Shown one piece after another: positions 11,114-21,527 of a stretch of 64,000 nucleotides of DNA; within the stretch, counting starts at the first letter, position 1, and each line of letters starts with the position of its first letter. Under the pieces are notes generated by a model. That model was not told where the DNA came from, did not search any database, and saw nothing but the letters and a program-made list of their open reading frames with translations. The position numbers were made by a program, and so were the translations under genes. The DNA is from Candidatus Bathyarchaeota archaeon (lineage in GTDB: Archaea; Thermoproteota; Bathyarchaeia; Bathyarchaeales; Bathycorpusculaceae), in assembly GCA_963780185.1 (NCBI GenBank), contig CAWABA010000011.1, positions 1 through 64,000 of the forward strand, read 5' to 3'.

Positions 11114-11530
11114 TTATTCTGTTTTGCTCTCGAACTCAACTGCAACTGGAGTTGGGTTCTTGAAGATAAGCAGCACTGGACAGTTTGCTTCCGTGCGTCT
11201 CCATGCCGCGTCCACAAGTTCTTTTCGGGCGCTTGAAACAACATTAACTTTCATTGCCACCGCATTCACCATAGGCGAGTCAGGCGATTTATCGGCTTCA
11301 ACTGTTACTTCGGCTTTCTTAAGCTGAATATTGCTTTTCTTGCAGACATCAGCGAAAATTGTGACTCCACAGTCAGCTAGAGCCATCATAGATAGCTCCA
11401 ACGCTGTTGGTCCGCAGTCTGTTCCACCAGCAGCCGTTGACAAGTCGCAGATTACACTGTGAGTTCTTTGATTGTCTACTGTCGAACGCACGTTTTCAAC
11501 CCAAGTTGCTTTAGCCTTTATTTTTGGCAT
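11114..11530 (-). CDS. OsmC family protein
   Basis: GGTDCGPTALEL...LADC...NCPV. Confidence 0.85.
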   Translation of the reverse strand: MPKIKAKATWVENVRSTVDNQRTHSVICDLSTAAGGTDCGPTALELSMMALADCGVTIFADVCKKSNIQLKKAEVTVEADKSPDSPMVNAVAMKVNVVSSARKELVDAAWRRTEANCPVLLIFKNPTPVAVEFESKTE

Positions 11531-11562
11531 TTTTTCACCTCTTCTTTCTTCATCTAAATTGA

Positions 11563-11946
11563 CTAAAAGTGCTCATGATGATGCGCGTGTTCGCATCCAC
11601 CTGTAAGCGCGGTGAGCTTACCTTCTCTGAAAGAGGCAAGGGTTGCTTTAACGGTGTCATCAACTGCCTTGAGCACCTTGACGCCTGCGCCTTGAAAACT
11701 CTGCAAGCCGCCTGGACCCATGCCGCGGGCAATGATAGCGGTTGGTTTTAGTGTCAGTAGGCTGTCGTGTGGGTGACCTGTGCCGCCCATGTGTTCGTTT
11801 GTGTTAGGCTCTGTTTTAACGGTTAGTGTTTTTCCTTTTTCGTCGAGATCGATTACTGCGTAGTAGGGTGCTCTTCCGAAGTGCTCTGCAACTTTGGCGT
11901 CCAAACCTGATTTGTCTTCTACTGGAATTATAAGTCTGTTAGGCAT
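11563..11946 (-). CDS. NifB/NifX family FeMo-cofactor-binding domain protein
   Basis: HFGRAPYY, GMGPG, His-rich C-terminus. Confidence 0.88.
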   Translation of the reverse strand: MPNRLIIPVEDKSGLDAKVAEHFGRAPYYAVIDLDEKGKTLTVKTEPNTNEHMGGTGHPHDSLLTLKPTAIIARGMGPGGLQSFQGAGVKVLKAVDDTVKATLASFREGKLTALTGGCEHAHHHEHF

Positions 11947-12037
11947 TTTTTATCCTCAATTTGTTATCTATCCAAATAGTTTACTTCGTAAATGATATTA
12001 ATAAGTATCGTTTATAAAGTAAACTTGTGAGCCTTAA

Positions 12038-12607
12038 ATGGACGAAATCGACAGAAAAATAATAACCCAACTGCAAACAGACGGAAGAACAACACTCAAG
12101 AAGCTATCCAAAAAAATTGGGTACACAAGCATGGGAACCAAAAAAAGACTTGAAAAACTCCAAAAGAACGGCACCATCAAAGTATCAGCCCTACTGAACC
12201 CAACCGAGCTTGGTCTGCACCCAGCAGTCGTGATGCTGGAGATGGAAAACGCTAAAGCCACGCAAAACCTGCTCGACAGATTCAAAGACTGCCCACGCGT
12301 AATCCAAATCTTCAAAACCGTAGGTGGATTCAACCTAATCGCGCTTGTCCTCGCTGAAAACCAGGATACACTGGAAAGCATATCAATGGAGAAATGCTCT
12401 ATGCGCAGCGGACCAGGCATACGACGCTCAGAATTTTATCCCATAAGCGGCACCTACTTTACGCCTTACCTGCAAATTAGGGAAAACTTGGCTACCAAGG
12501 CAAGTGCTGTTGCCCCGTGCCGCGTAGACTGCAATCCATGTACCCGATATGAGCAGCACAAATGCGTCGGGTGCCCAGCAACAAACAAGTACAAAGGCAC
12601 ACTTTAA
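12038..12607 (+). CDS. Lrp/AsnC family regulator with C-terminal Cys cluster
   Basis: MDEIDRKIITQLQTDGR HTH start; CxxxCxxCxxYxxxxCxxC tail. Confidence 0.88.
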   Translation: MDEIDRKIITQLQTDGRTTLKKLSKKIGYTSMGTKKRLEKLQKNGTIKVSALLNPTELGLHPAVVMLEMENAKATQNLLDRFKDCPRVIQIFKTVGGFNLIALVLAENQDTLESISMEKCSMRSGPGIRRSEFYPISGTYFTPYLQIRENLATKASAVAPCRVDCNPCTRYEQHKCVGCPATNKYKGTL

Positions 12608-12640
12608 TGGGAAATCATGAGTTCAGCTTGGTGAAGGCAG

Positions 12641-13006
12641 TTACCATTTAGTCAGGTAAACCTTGTCTCCTTCTTTGAAAGCTCGAACTAACTCACAGTG
12701 ACGAAGAATAGCAAATTGGCTTTCCAGTTCTTCCGCCTTTATGCCGACGATTTTTAAAAGCTCTTCTTTGGTAATTTGCTTCTTTTGCTCAATCACGCTG
12801 TAAATCTGCTTTTGCAACTCGGTTAAACCAGCAGTTCCCAACTGTCCCAGCTCTTTACGTATCGACGTGGCAGAAGCCACCGCCAATGGATCGCAAGCCT
12901 TGGGAGGATTTGTTTCGTACATACAACAGTCTTCGCAGAGAACTTTTCCGTGAAGATTGTATACTTCATTCTCTTTGACTGTTAAACCGCAACGGTTACA
13001 TTGCAT
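12641..13006 (-). CDS. Hypothetical protein (Zn-finger plus winged-helix-like C-terminus)
   Basis: CNRCG...LCEDC...CDPLAV; start taken at MQCNRC. Confidence 0.7.
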   Translation of the reverse strand: MQCNRCGLTVKENEVYNLHGKVLCEDCCMYETNPPKACDPLAVASATSIRKELGQLGTAGLTELQKQIYSVIEQKKQITKEELLKIVGIKAEELESQFAILRHCELVRAFKEGDKVYLTKW

Positions 13007-13136
13007 TTTGAAAACCGAATTAATGCCGAGGTCGTTGCTTATTTTTGTTGCCGTCAAAGCCCAGCAAATCGTCAGGCATGCATGTTTATATTTCGATATT
13101 ATTATAAAACAACCAAATTCTAAAGGTCAAAATAAA

Positions 13137-15561
13137 TTGCCCAATACATCAACAGATGGAACGTCCAAGGTTCAAGCGGAAGATAAATTTCGCATAAGCG
13201 ATGCGAAGGGCTTGAATTCTTCGGAAGTTCAGGAAAAACAACGGTTGTATGGGCGCAACGAGGTTGCGGAGAAGCAGGCAAGCCAGGTTGTGGCTTTTGC
13301 AAAGAAGTTCTGGGGTTTAGCGGCTTGGATGCTTGAAGTGGCGATTGTGCTCTCCGCTGTTTTAGGAAAATACTTAGACGTCTACATAATAGCCGCCCTG
13401 CTGCTTGTAAACGCCGTTTTGGGTTTCGTCCAGGAGCGGCAGGCTACTCGGGCGGTAAGGGCTCTTAAAGGGAAGCTTCAGCTGCAAGCAAAGGTGCTTC
13501 GGGACGGCATCTGGCAAAGCATAAACGCAGCGGAGATTGTGCCGGGTGATGTTGTCAGGGTCAGGTCGGGCGATTTTGTGCCTGCGGACTTTAAAATTCT
13601 TGATTCCGAAGCCACGGTTGATCAGTCAGCAATAACTGGCGAGTCTCTACCCGTCGACAAAAAAGCGGGTGACCTCGTTTATTCTGGCTCTCTTGTTAAG
13701 AAGGGGGAAGTCACGGCGGTGGTCACTGCGACTGGGGCACACACGATGTTTGGGAAGACCGCTCAGCTTGTTGGGTTGGCTAAGCCGAAGCTGCATATGG
13801 AGGGAGTTATCTCGAACCTGGTGAAGTGGCTTATTGTTATGGTGGTTTCCCTGCTTCTTGTCGCCGCCGCAGTCTCCTGGGCACGCGGAATAAACCTGCC
13901 TAGACGTTCTGTCTCTGGCACTGGTGCTGCTGGTGGCTGCCATACCTGTTGCTTTGCCCACCATGTTTACGATTACAATGGCGCTTGGCTCCTACGAGCT
14001 TGCAGGAAAAGGCGTGCTTGTCACTCGACTTAGCGCCTCTGAAGACGCCGCCCTAATGGATGTACTGTGCGTTGACAAAACAGGAACCATCACAGAAAAC
14101 AAGCTGACCGTGGCTGACGTCGCTGAAATCGGCAACTACAAAAAAGATGACACCCTCGTCTTCGGTGCATTAGCCTCGCAAATGGCAAATCAGGACCCAA
14201 TAGACCTAGCGTTTTTTGCAGCCGTCGAAGACAGAAAAATAAAGCTTGACGAGTACAAACAAAAGAAATTCACGCCTTTTGACCCGACGACGCGGAGAAC
14301 TGAGGCAATTGTTGAGAGGCAAGACCAAACATTCAGGGTCATCAAAGGCGCCGTCTCGGCAGTAGCAGAGGTTTGTCAACTCAAAAAAGAACAGCTCACA
14401 GAAATCAAGAACAAAACGGATACTTTTGCCGCTAAAGGCCACCGAGTTATCGCCGTCGCCGCGGGCAAAGAATCTTCACCGTTGGATTTGGTTGGGCTCG
14501 TGGCGTTGTATGATAAGCCGAGACCTGAATCTGCAAAATTGATAGCGAAACTTCGGTCTCTGGGAATAGCCGTAAAGATGTTGACTGGCGATTCACAGCC
14601 GATTGCCAAACAAGTCGCCCAAGAAGTAGGTTTGGGAGAAAAAATTACGCGAATGGCAGACGTTGAAAAAACCGTGGGTGACGCGGTGGTTGCCGCTGAA
14701 ATCGTCGATGAAACCGATGGTTTCGCCGAGATTTATCCTGAGGGCAAATACCGCATCGTTAAGGGTTTGCAGGTTGAAGATCATGTTGTCGGGATGACGG
14801 GCGACGGCATAAATGATGCGGCGGCGCTCAAGCAGGCTGAGGTGGGGATTGCTGTGAGCAACGCGACGGATGTGGCGAAAGGTTCAGCGAGCGTTGTGCT
14901 TACAGAAGAGGGTTTATCCAACATTGTCGATTTGGTTGTAACTGGCAGAATGATTTATCAGCGAATTTTGACATGGATATTTAACAAAATCGTCAAAACC
15001 TTCCAGGTTATCCTGTTTGTCATCGTGGCTTTTCTGCTCACTGGGTTGTTTGTTGTCGGCGCTTTCCAGGTGGTTTTGCTGCTTTTCCTCGTTGACTTCG
15101 TCACAATTTCACTCTCAACCGACAATGTTAGACCATCCGAAAAACCCGAAACCTGGAACATCACCCCTCTTGTCAAAGGAGCCACAGTGCTGGGCGTCGC
15201 AACTGTGATTGAGTCGCTGGCGCTGCTATACTTGGGGCTTAACTACCTCGGGTTGTCTAACACAGCCATGCTGAACACTTTCTCGTTTGACATGCTTCTG
15301 TTCGGCGGATTATTCACCATCTTCGTTGTCCGTGAAAGAGGCAACTTCTGGAAGTCAAAACCCAGCCAACCCCTCCTAATCGCAATCGCAGCCGACATAA
15401 TCATTTCATCATTAATCTCCATCATCGGAATCCCAGGTCTAGCACCGATTCCGCCACTTTACGTGGCGATAGCTTTGGGCTGGTTTTTCGTGTTCGCCTT
15501 ACTTCTGAATGACCAACTGAAAACACATTTGCTACCCTCCACTTTTGAAAACAAAAAATAG
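13137..15561 (+). CDS. P-type (IIIA) proton-efflux ATPase, frameshift near 13900
   Basis: DQSAITGES, IPVALP, DKTGTIT, TGD, GDGINDA motifs across two overlapping ORFs. Confidence 0.92.
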
Positions 15562-15652
15562 AAAGCTGAACTTTTGAAAAATCTTCACTCAGACTTCTAG
15601 AACGGTTTTCTTGGTTAAATTTTAAATAGAATCACTTTCATATGCATGCTGC

Positions 15653-16720
15653 ATGAGCGCCAAAAAGAACGGTTTTGGAAATACTCTTTTAACTGAAGTT
15701 GTTGAAACGGGAAAATGCGCAAGCTGCGGAACATGCGTTGTCGTATGCCCGTTTGGCACACTTGAACTCGCCAAGGGAAAACCCAACATGGTTAAGGAAT
15801 GCAAAGTCTGCGGCATCTGTGCTCAAGCCTGCCCAAGATACAACTGGTCGATGGCTAAAGCGGAAGAATTTACCTTCGGAAAAGTAAGAAACCCGCAAGA
15901 AGAATTCGGGGAATTCAAAAGAATAGTCGCAGCCCAAGCAAAACCCAGCGATATCCTGACAGTTCGCCAAGACGGCGGAGCCGCCACTGCGATGCTTGTC
16001 GCCGCATTGAAAAGCGGGTTAATCGACGGCGCCGTGGTTTCTGGAAAAAGCCAAGAAAAACCGTTCTTACCCGTCCCGATCCTCGCGACCACTGCTGAGA
16101 AAATCGTGGAGTCGGCGGGAACAAAATACACTTGTTCTTCGGCGCTTCTTGCTTTGCCCGAAGTTATTAAGCAGAAAAAGACCCAGGTTGCCTTAGTAGG
16201 AACCCCCTGCCAAATCCAAGCGGTTCGAAAAATGCAGATGAACAACGTGAAAAAGATGAGCGCTCCAGTCAAGTACCTCGTCGGCCTCATGTGCTCAGAA
16301 TGCTTCGACTACGAGGGACTCATGGAAACCCACATCAAAGGCAAACTCGGCATCAACCTTGCCGACATAACAAAGATGAACATCAAAGGAAAAATGCTGG
16401 TAACCACGCCCGCGGGAACCACAGCGATTCCGCTGGCTGACATCAAGCAGTATGTTAGGACAAGCTGCAGTGTGTGCGAGGACTTCAGCAACGAACTCGC
16501 AGACGTCTCCGTAGGCGGATTGGGACTAGACGGCTGGACATTCACGATTATCCGCACGGAAAAAGGAGAAGAACTCTTTGACAACGCGGATAAAGCAGGG
16601 TATTTGGATTCTAAACCGATTGAGGAAGGCTCCTTCCCTAAGGGGCTGCTGCTTAAGTTGACAAAGAAGAAGCATGACGCGCAGGTTCCCAAAGCCCCGC
16701 CAGCCCAGCCCAAGCCCTAG
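15653..16720 (+). CDS. F420 hydrogenase/dehydrogenase beta-subunit family protein (FrhB/FpoF-like)
   Basis: Two N-terminal ferredoxin motifs, QDGGAAT, VGTPCQ, GLMC, ADVSVGG. Confidence 0.9.
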   Translation: MSAKKNGFGNTLLTEVVETGKCASCGTCVVVCPFGTLELAKGKPNMVKECKVCGICAQACPRYNWSMAKAEEFTFGKVRNPQEEFGEFKRIVAAQAKPSDILTVRQDGGAATAMLVAALKSGLIDGAVVSGKSQEKPFLPVPILATTAEKIVESAGTKYTCSSALLALPEVIKQKKTQVALVGTPCQIQAVRKMQMNNVKKMSAPVKYLVGLMCSECFDYEGLMETHIKGKLGINLADITKMNIKGKMLVTTPAGTTAIPLADIKQYVRTSCSVCEDFSNELADVSVGGLGLDGWTFTIIRTEKGEELFDNADKAGYLDSKPIEEGSFPKGLLLKLTKKKHDAQVPKAPPAQPKP

Positions 16721-16875
16721 CAGCAAAAGAACACGCATCAACACGTCCACCCTTGTAAACCAGAAACAGCAATCCTTGAGTTGACCCGCCAGCTTTGGAG
16801 CTGAGGATCTTTAGATTTTAGTCGCGTAGTGATGAAAGATAGAAAAGAAAAATCAGTCAATCCTTGTTTTTGTAA

Positions 16876-16926
16876 GTCAACAGTTCTTGACTAAAGGGCA
16901 CGTAGTGTTAGTCAAGGAAATTTGAC
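16876..16926. promoter_or_regulatory. Two palindromic GTCAA-N6-TTGAC boxes (putative operator)
   Basis: gtcaacagttcttgac at 16876 and gtcaaggaaatttgac at 16911, upstream of the ORF at 16963. Confidence 0.5.
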
Positions 16927-16962
16927 GAAAAATCTTTTATTGATATAGCTTTAGTTCGGATT

Positions 16963-18291
16963 ATGGAAATCCATAGCAAGAGTACGGCGATAATCTTAAT
17001 TCTATTAGTTACTTTTTCAAGTTTAGGTTTATCCAAAACTAAGTTTGCAATTGCCCAACAGGCTTCCAGTGACTGGCCGATGTTCCACGCGAATCTATCG
17101 CATAATGGCGTAGGTGAAGGCAGCCCAGTGCTTACCCCCACGTTGCTTTGGAAATTTAACACGGGCGGCGGTGTCTATTCGTCTGCGGCTGTTGTTAACG
17201 GAGTAGTTTACGTCGGCTCAACAGACCAATATTTTTTCGCTTTAAATGCCGCTGATGGCAAACAAATATGGAATTACATCACTCCAAACTCTACATCGCC
17301 AGGTGTCTTTTCTTCAGCCGCAGTTTTAAACGGTGTAGTATACGTTGGCGGAGGAAGCGTTGTTTATGCATTCAATGCCTCTAACGGCGCTGTATTGTGG
17401 CAATACAGCAATGGTGGCACTCAGCCAATAGAGTCATCTCCAGCAGTCGCTAACGGAATAGTCTTCATCGGCTCAAGCGACACCCCTCGGGGCGGGTATA
17501 TTACTGCTTTGAACGCTTCCACGGGAGCGCTGGTCTGGAGCTATAACGTTAGGGGCGCAGTGGCTTCGTCTCCCGCAGTAGTTAACGATGTGGTCTACGT
17601 TGGCAATCCCCCGAGCCTTTATGCGTTCAACGCTACAACAGGCGCTGTTCTTTGGGATTACGCCTCAGCCGCCACCGGATCTTCTGCTCCAACCGTTGTC
17701 AATGGAGTATTATACGTGGGTTCAACGTGGAGTGACAGCGTAGATGCTTTTGACGCTTCTAACGGCGCAGAAATCTGGAATTACAGTACTAGTGTCGATG
17801 TTGGTTCTTCCCCTGCAGTGGCTGATGGAGTGGTTTATGTAGGCAGTGCAGGCAACAGTCTTGCCGCTCTTAATGAGGGCAAAGTCTACGCTCTGAACGC
17901 AACAAATGGAAACAAAATCTGGAGTTTCACGCCGTTGATAAACTCGGGTGAAAACGCTGTTTTCTCTTCTCCAGCTGTTGTCGACGGAGTTGTCTTTGTA
18001 GGTTCCTTTAATGGGAATGTTTATGCTTTGAACGCTTCAAACGGGGCTGAGCTTTGGAATTACGCTACGGGCAACATTGTTTTTTCGTCACCGGCGGTCG
18101 CTGATGGCGTGATTTACATTGGCTCAAACGATGGGAACCTGTACGCCTTAAAGGACTTTACTTCTGTGTCATCGCCAACCCCAACCTCAACACATTCCAT
18201 TCCAGAGCTGCCTTGGTTGGTAATTGCGCCATTGCTTCTCTCTGTGTTCTCTGTTGCTGTCTTAGTTAGGCATCGAAAAACCGCCAACTAA
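16963..18291 (+). CDS. Membrane-anchored PQQ-like beta-propeller protein
   Basis: Signal peptide, DWPMFH, SSPAV..GVVYVGS repeats, C-terminal IPEL plus TM plus basic tail (PEF-CTERM-like). Confidence 0.9.
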   Translation: MEIHSKSTAIILILLVTFSSLGLSKTKFAIAQQASSDWPMFHANLSHNGVGEGSPVLTPTLLWKFNTGGGVYSSAAVVNGVVYVGSTDQYFFALNAADGKQIWNYITPNSTSPGVFSSAAVLNGVVYVGGGSVVYAFNASNGAVLWQYSNGGTQPIESSPAVANGIVFIGSSDTPRGGYITALNASTGALVWSYNVRGAVASSPAVVNDVVYVGNPPSLYAFNATTGAVLWDYASAATGSSAPTVVNGVLYVGSTWSDSVDAFDASNGAEIWNYSTSVDVGSSPAVADGVVYVGSAGNSLAALNEGKVYALNATNGNKIWSFTPLINSGENAVFSSPAVVDGVVFVGSFNGNVYALNASNGAELWNYATGNIVFSSPAVADGVIYIGSNDGNLYALKDFTSVSSPTPTSTHSIPELPWLVIAPLLLSVFSVAVLVRHRKTAN

Positions 18292-18379
18292 AGCCAACCG
18301 AATTTCCCAACCAGTGATTCAGCATTCCTTTTAAAGAGACGGAAAAAACGTTTCACCATGGAAGCCGCCGTCCGCCCAT

Positions 18380-18600
18380 AGCAAAAGTCGCAATGCCCAT
18401 CCCGCAACATGCCACACGACACACCGCCCATCCGCCAACATAGAACACGACCAAACACGACCAGACCTACAAGCCCTACAAGCCCCAAACCAAAAAAGCA
18501 ACACAGAAAACAAACAGAAAAAAGTCTCAACTTATTCTTAGGGGAAAGTCTCAACTTAGAAATCTCGCCAAAAGAACAGACCCAAAAACCAGTTAACAAG
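18380..18600 (+). repeat. A/C-rich dispersed intergenic repeat copy
   Basis: Shares ccccaaaccaaaaaagcaac with 31242, and aaagtcgcaa/tgcccatccc/aaagtctcaactta with the reverse complement of 41755-41895. Confidence 0.6.
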
Positions 18601-18676
18601 TAAGAGATAACGCAGGCAGATGCAAAAGATTTTTTAATCCTAACCCATTTAGCCATTAGCTCGAGATGAAATCTCC

Positions 18677-19402
18677 ATGAAAATACTAAATGAATTTGTG
18701 CCAACACGTAAATTCTTAAAGCTTGCAGATGAACTCAAAGATCTAGTTGATGGATGGAACGTAACTGACGGCGCAGCTGGTTATCCAGCTCCAAGCGGCG
18801 TAGTTGTAAGCTGCTTACTCAAATACAAGTACCCAGACAAATACGTCTGCCCAATCTTCATTCTAAAGTATAAAGGCCCAGTTGAAGTAGGCGGCTTAGC
18901 TTTAGCGTCAGACATAGTTGGGTTAGACGGCTTGGCAGTCACGATGGGAGACAACCCGAAGTTCGGTCAACCCATAACGATGTTGCCATCGTCAGAAGAA
19001 GCAAGAGACTTCATACGCACCCAAGTCAAAACCAAAAACCTAAAACTCGGTTGCTTACTAACCGCAAGACGCTCAATAGAAGAAACTCTTCAACGGGTAC
19101 GTGAACCATGGGACTTCGTATATTTCATGAGGCTAACCGACGACTCATTCGAGGCACTCAAAGCAGTATCAGCAGAATGCAAAAAACTCAACAAACCACT
19201 CTTCGTATACTTCCTCGTTGGAACCGCCAAAAACGTAGAAACAGTCAAGATGATCGGGTGGCCAGTCGCAGCAACCATGGAAACAGTTGAAGAAAAAGCA
19301 TCAAAGCTTGTCGGATTAGTCGACGGCATAATCGCAACATGTGCAGGTGACGCTGAAGGCGACAAACTGATGCTGCAAAAGCTGCAGAAATTCAGAAGTT
19401 AA
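18677..19402 (+). CDS. Methylenetetrahydrofolate reductase (MetF)-like flavoprotein, divergent
   Basis: EFVP...VDGWNVTD...GLDGLAVTMGD resembles the MTHFR barrel N-half. Confidence 0.55.
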   Translation: MKILNEFVPTRKFLKLADELKDLVDGWNVTDGAAGYPAPSGVVVSCLLKYKYPDKYVCPIFILKYKGPVEVGGLALASDIVGLDGLAVTMGDNPKFGQPITMLPSSEEARDFIRTQVKTKNLKLGCLLTARRSIEETLQRVREPWDFVYFMRLTDDSFEALKAVSAECKKLNKPLFVYFLVGTAKNVETVKMIGWPVAATMETVEEKASKLVGLVDGIIATCAGDAEGDKLMLQKLQKFRS

Positions 19403-19545
19403 ACCAAAGCTTCTTTTTCTTTTATTTTATTTTTAATGTTTTCATTTGCTTATTATTTTTCCCAAAGTTTTCACACTTGTTCAAGATAACCTTTTAATGT
19501 GTTAGGTCTTGTAGTATTAGCCTTTAAAGATAGAGTGAAGACTGC

Positions 19546-20304
19546 ATGAACCCAGTGAAAGTAATCGCCGTTGAGAATCTTCCGTTAATCAAAAAAGGAG
19601 ATAACTTGGGGCAACTGATTGTTCAAGCAGCAGAAAAACAGAAAACACCCATACAGGAAAACGACGTGATTGTGGTAACCCACGTCGTCGTTTCCAAAGC
19701 TGAAGGAAACATCATAAACCTTGACAAAGTGGTTCCTTCGGTGCGGGCTAAAGAAATAGCCTTGCAAACAGGCAAAGATCCAGCTTTGGTTGAAGTTGTC
19801 CTTCAGGAAACCAAAGAAATCGTCAGAGTAAGTAGGAACAGCATAATATCGGAAACCACAAGCGGCATAATCTGCGCAAACGCGGGAGTCGACAGATCTA
19901 ACGTTTCAGGCGACAGAAACGTAGTGCCTCTGCCAAAAAAACCGAACCAGTCAGCACAGAACATTAGGAAAGAAATTAAACGGTTAACAGGCGCCGACGT
20001 CGCAGTAATTGTTTCCGACACTCATGGAAGACCGTTTCGCATGGGTGAAATAAACGTGGCTGTCGGGGTGTCAGGAATCAAGCCGATAAGAGATAGACGG
20101 GGCGAAAAAGACCTGTTCGGCTATGTCCTAAGAGTAAAACAGACAGCCATTGCCGACGAGTTATCTTCGGCTGCAGAACTGGTAATCGGCCAAGCGAACG
20201 AGGGAATACCCGCAGCCATCATCCGAGGCTACAATTACCAAACCGCAGACGACACGTCAGCAGTTGAACTTACAAGACCTAAAGAGAAAGACCTATTCAG
20301 ATAA
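19546..20304 (+). CDS. cofE: F420-0:gamma-glutamyl ligase
   Basis: VSKAEG, CANAGVDRSN, DTHGRPFRMG, ADELSSAAELVIG. Confidence 0.95.
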   Translation: MNPVKVIAVENLPLIKKGDNLGQLIVQAAEKQKTPIQENDVIVVTHVVVSKAEGNIINLDKVVPSVRAKEIALQTGKDPALVEVVLQETKEIVRVSRNSIISETTSGIICANAGVDRSNVSGDRNVVPLPKKPNQSAQNIRKEIKRLTGADVAVIVSDTHGRPFRMGEINVAVGVSGIKPIRDRRGEKDLFGYVLRVKQTAIADELSSAAELVIGQANEGIPAAIIRGYNYQTADDTSAVELTRPKEKDLFR

Positions 20305-20326
20305 AACAAAAACGTTGAGCTATTAC

Positions 20327-20671
20327 ATGTTGGAAGCTAAAATGCCTAAGCAATTCTTGGAGGAAATTCTTCCAAGCAAATTCAAACCTGAAAAAGCAGG
20401 GGACTTTGACGTTACCGCCCAACTGAACCTAACTGGGCCAAACGGCGGCTGCTGGGTTCTTACCCTGAAAAACCAAAAACTAAACGTCACTGAAGGAACA
20501 CATCCCTCGCCCACCTTAACGCTAACCATCGCCGACTCAGACTTCATGGATTTAGTTAAGGGGAAACTAAAAACGGCGCAGGCTTTTTTCGGCGGAAAAA
20601 TCCACCTCAGCGGCAACGTTCTCTTAGCCTTAAAGCTGAAAGATGCAGGCTTGCTAGATTTCGGCGCATAA
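20327..20671 (+). CDS. SCP2 sterol-binding domain protein
   Basis: GGCWVL...DFMDLVKGKL...AFFGGKIHLSGN. Confidence 0.85.
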   Translation: MLEAKMPKQFLEEILPSKFKPEKAGDFDVTAQLNLTGPNGGCWVLTLKNQKLNVTEGTHPSPTLTLTIADSDFMDLVKGKLKTAQAFFGGKIHLSGNVLLALKLKDAGLLDFGA

Positions 20672-20792
20672 ATGAATTTTCACTTTCCAATTTGAGTTAC
20701 CAGCTCGTGGCAGCGGAGTTATAGGGCATAATTTTAAAACTGCCTGCACCAAATAATTGGGAGTAACTTTACCTGTTTCATCCTAAAGCTGG

Positions 20793-21467
20793 TTGGATAT
20801 GTCTACTTTCGCAGTTGTCCCCGTAAAAACTCTCTTGAAATCTAAGACGAGGCTCTCAAACTTTTTCACCATCCAAGAACGCCCGCTTCTCACTCTAGCT
20901 ATGCTTGAGGATGTTTTGAACGCTCTGAAGTCCTCCAAAGTCAACAATACAATAGTCGTCGGCTCTGACTCAACAGTCGAGGGACTAGTCAAGAATTTCG
21001 GCATGACTTTTCTTCGAGAAAACCAAGAAGGCTTAAACCAAGCACTCGATCAAGCGACAGGGCTTTGCGTTCGAAACAATGCCGAACTTGTCTTGGTTTT
21101 GCCTGCGGATGTCCCGCTTATAACGTCAAGAGACATAAACGGATTAGTCAAGCTGGCGCGGAAGGATTCGATGGTTATTTCTCCGTCGCAAAACGGCGGA
21201 ACCAACGCGCTGCTGCAGACGCCGCCTGGAATTGTTTCTCCCTGTTTTGGACCTGACAGCTTCAAAAAGCACTTCAACAAAGCCGTATCCAACGGCGTCC
21301 AAGCCAAAATCTACGTCTCTTCAAACCTTATGTTGGATATCGATTCAGAAAAAGACTTAGTGCAGCTCCTCAAGGCAGACCAGCAAACGGCATCTAACCG
21401 CTTCTTGAGCCAAAGCTCTTGGAGCAAAAATTGCCGCCACGTTGATTCACGCGGCGAAAACGCATAA
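20793..21467 (+). CDS. cofC: 2-phospho-L-lactate/PEP guanylyltransferase
   Basis: VVPVK...KTRLS, AMLEDVL, PADVPLI, GGTNALL, DIDSEKDL. Confidence 0.92.
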   Translation: MDMSTFAVVPVKTLLKSKTRLSNFFTIQERPLLTLAMLEDVLNALKSSKVNNTIVVGSDSTVEGLVKNFGMTFLRENQEGLNQALDQATGLCVRNNAELVLVLPADVPLITSRDINGLVKLARKDSMVISPSQNGGTNALLQTPPGIVSPCFGPDSFKKHFNKAVSNGVQAKIYVSSNLMLDIDSEKDLVQLLKADQQTASNRFLSQSSWSKNCRHVDSRGENA

Positions 21468-21527
21468 AACAGTGGTTAGGTCAACGATCTCCTGCGACGT
21501 GAAACACAGTTTTCAATCGAAAAAGGC

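Noticed and set aside
13880-13930. Split P-type ATPase (similar splits in the PQQ gene at ~9085 and the MFS at ~63535)
   Set aside because: Single indels with no slippery site or stimulatory structure evident; probably sequencing errors.
18288-18707. ORFs over A/C-rich intergenic tracts (also 41733-41990 and 26169-26414)
   Set aside because: Low-complexity translations arising from strand-skewed non-coding repeats.
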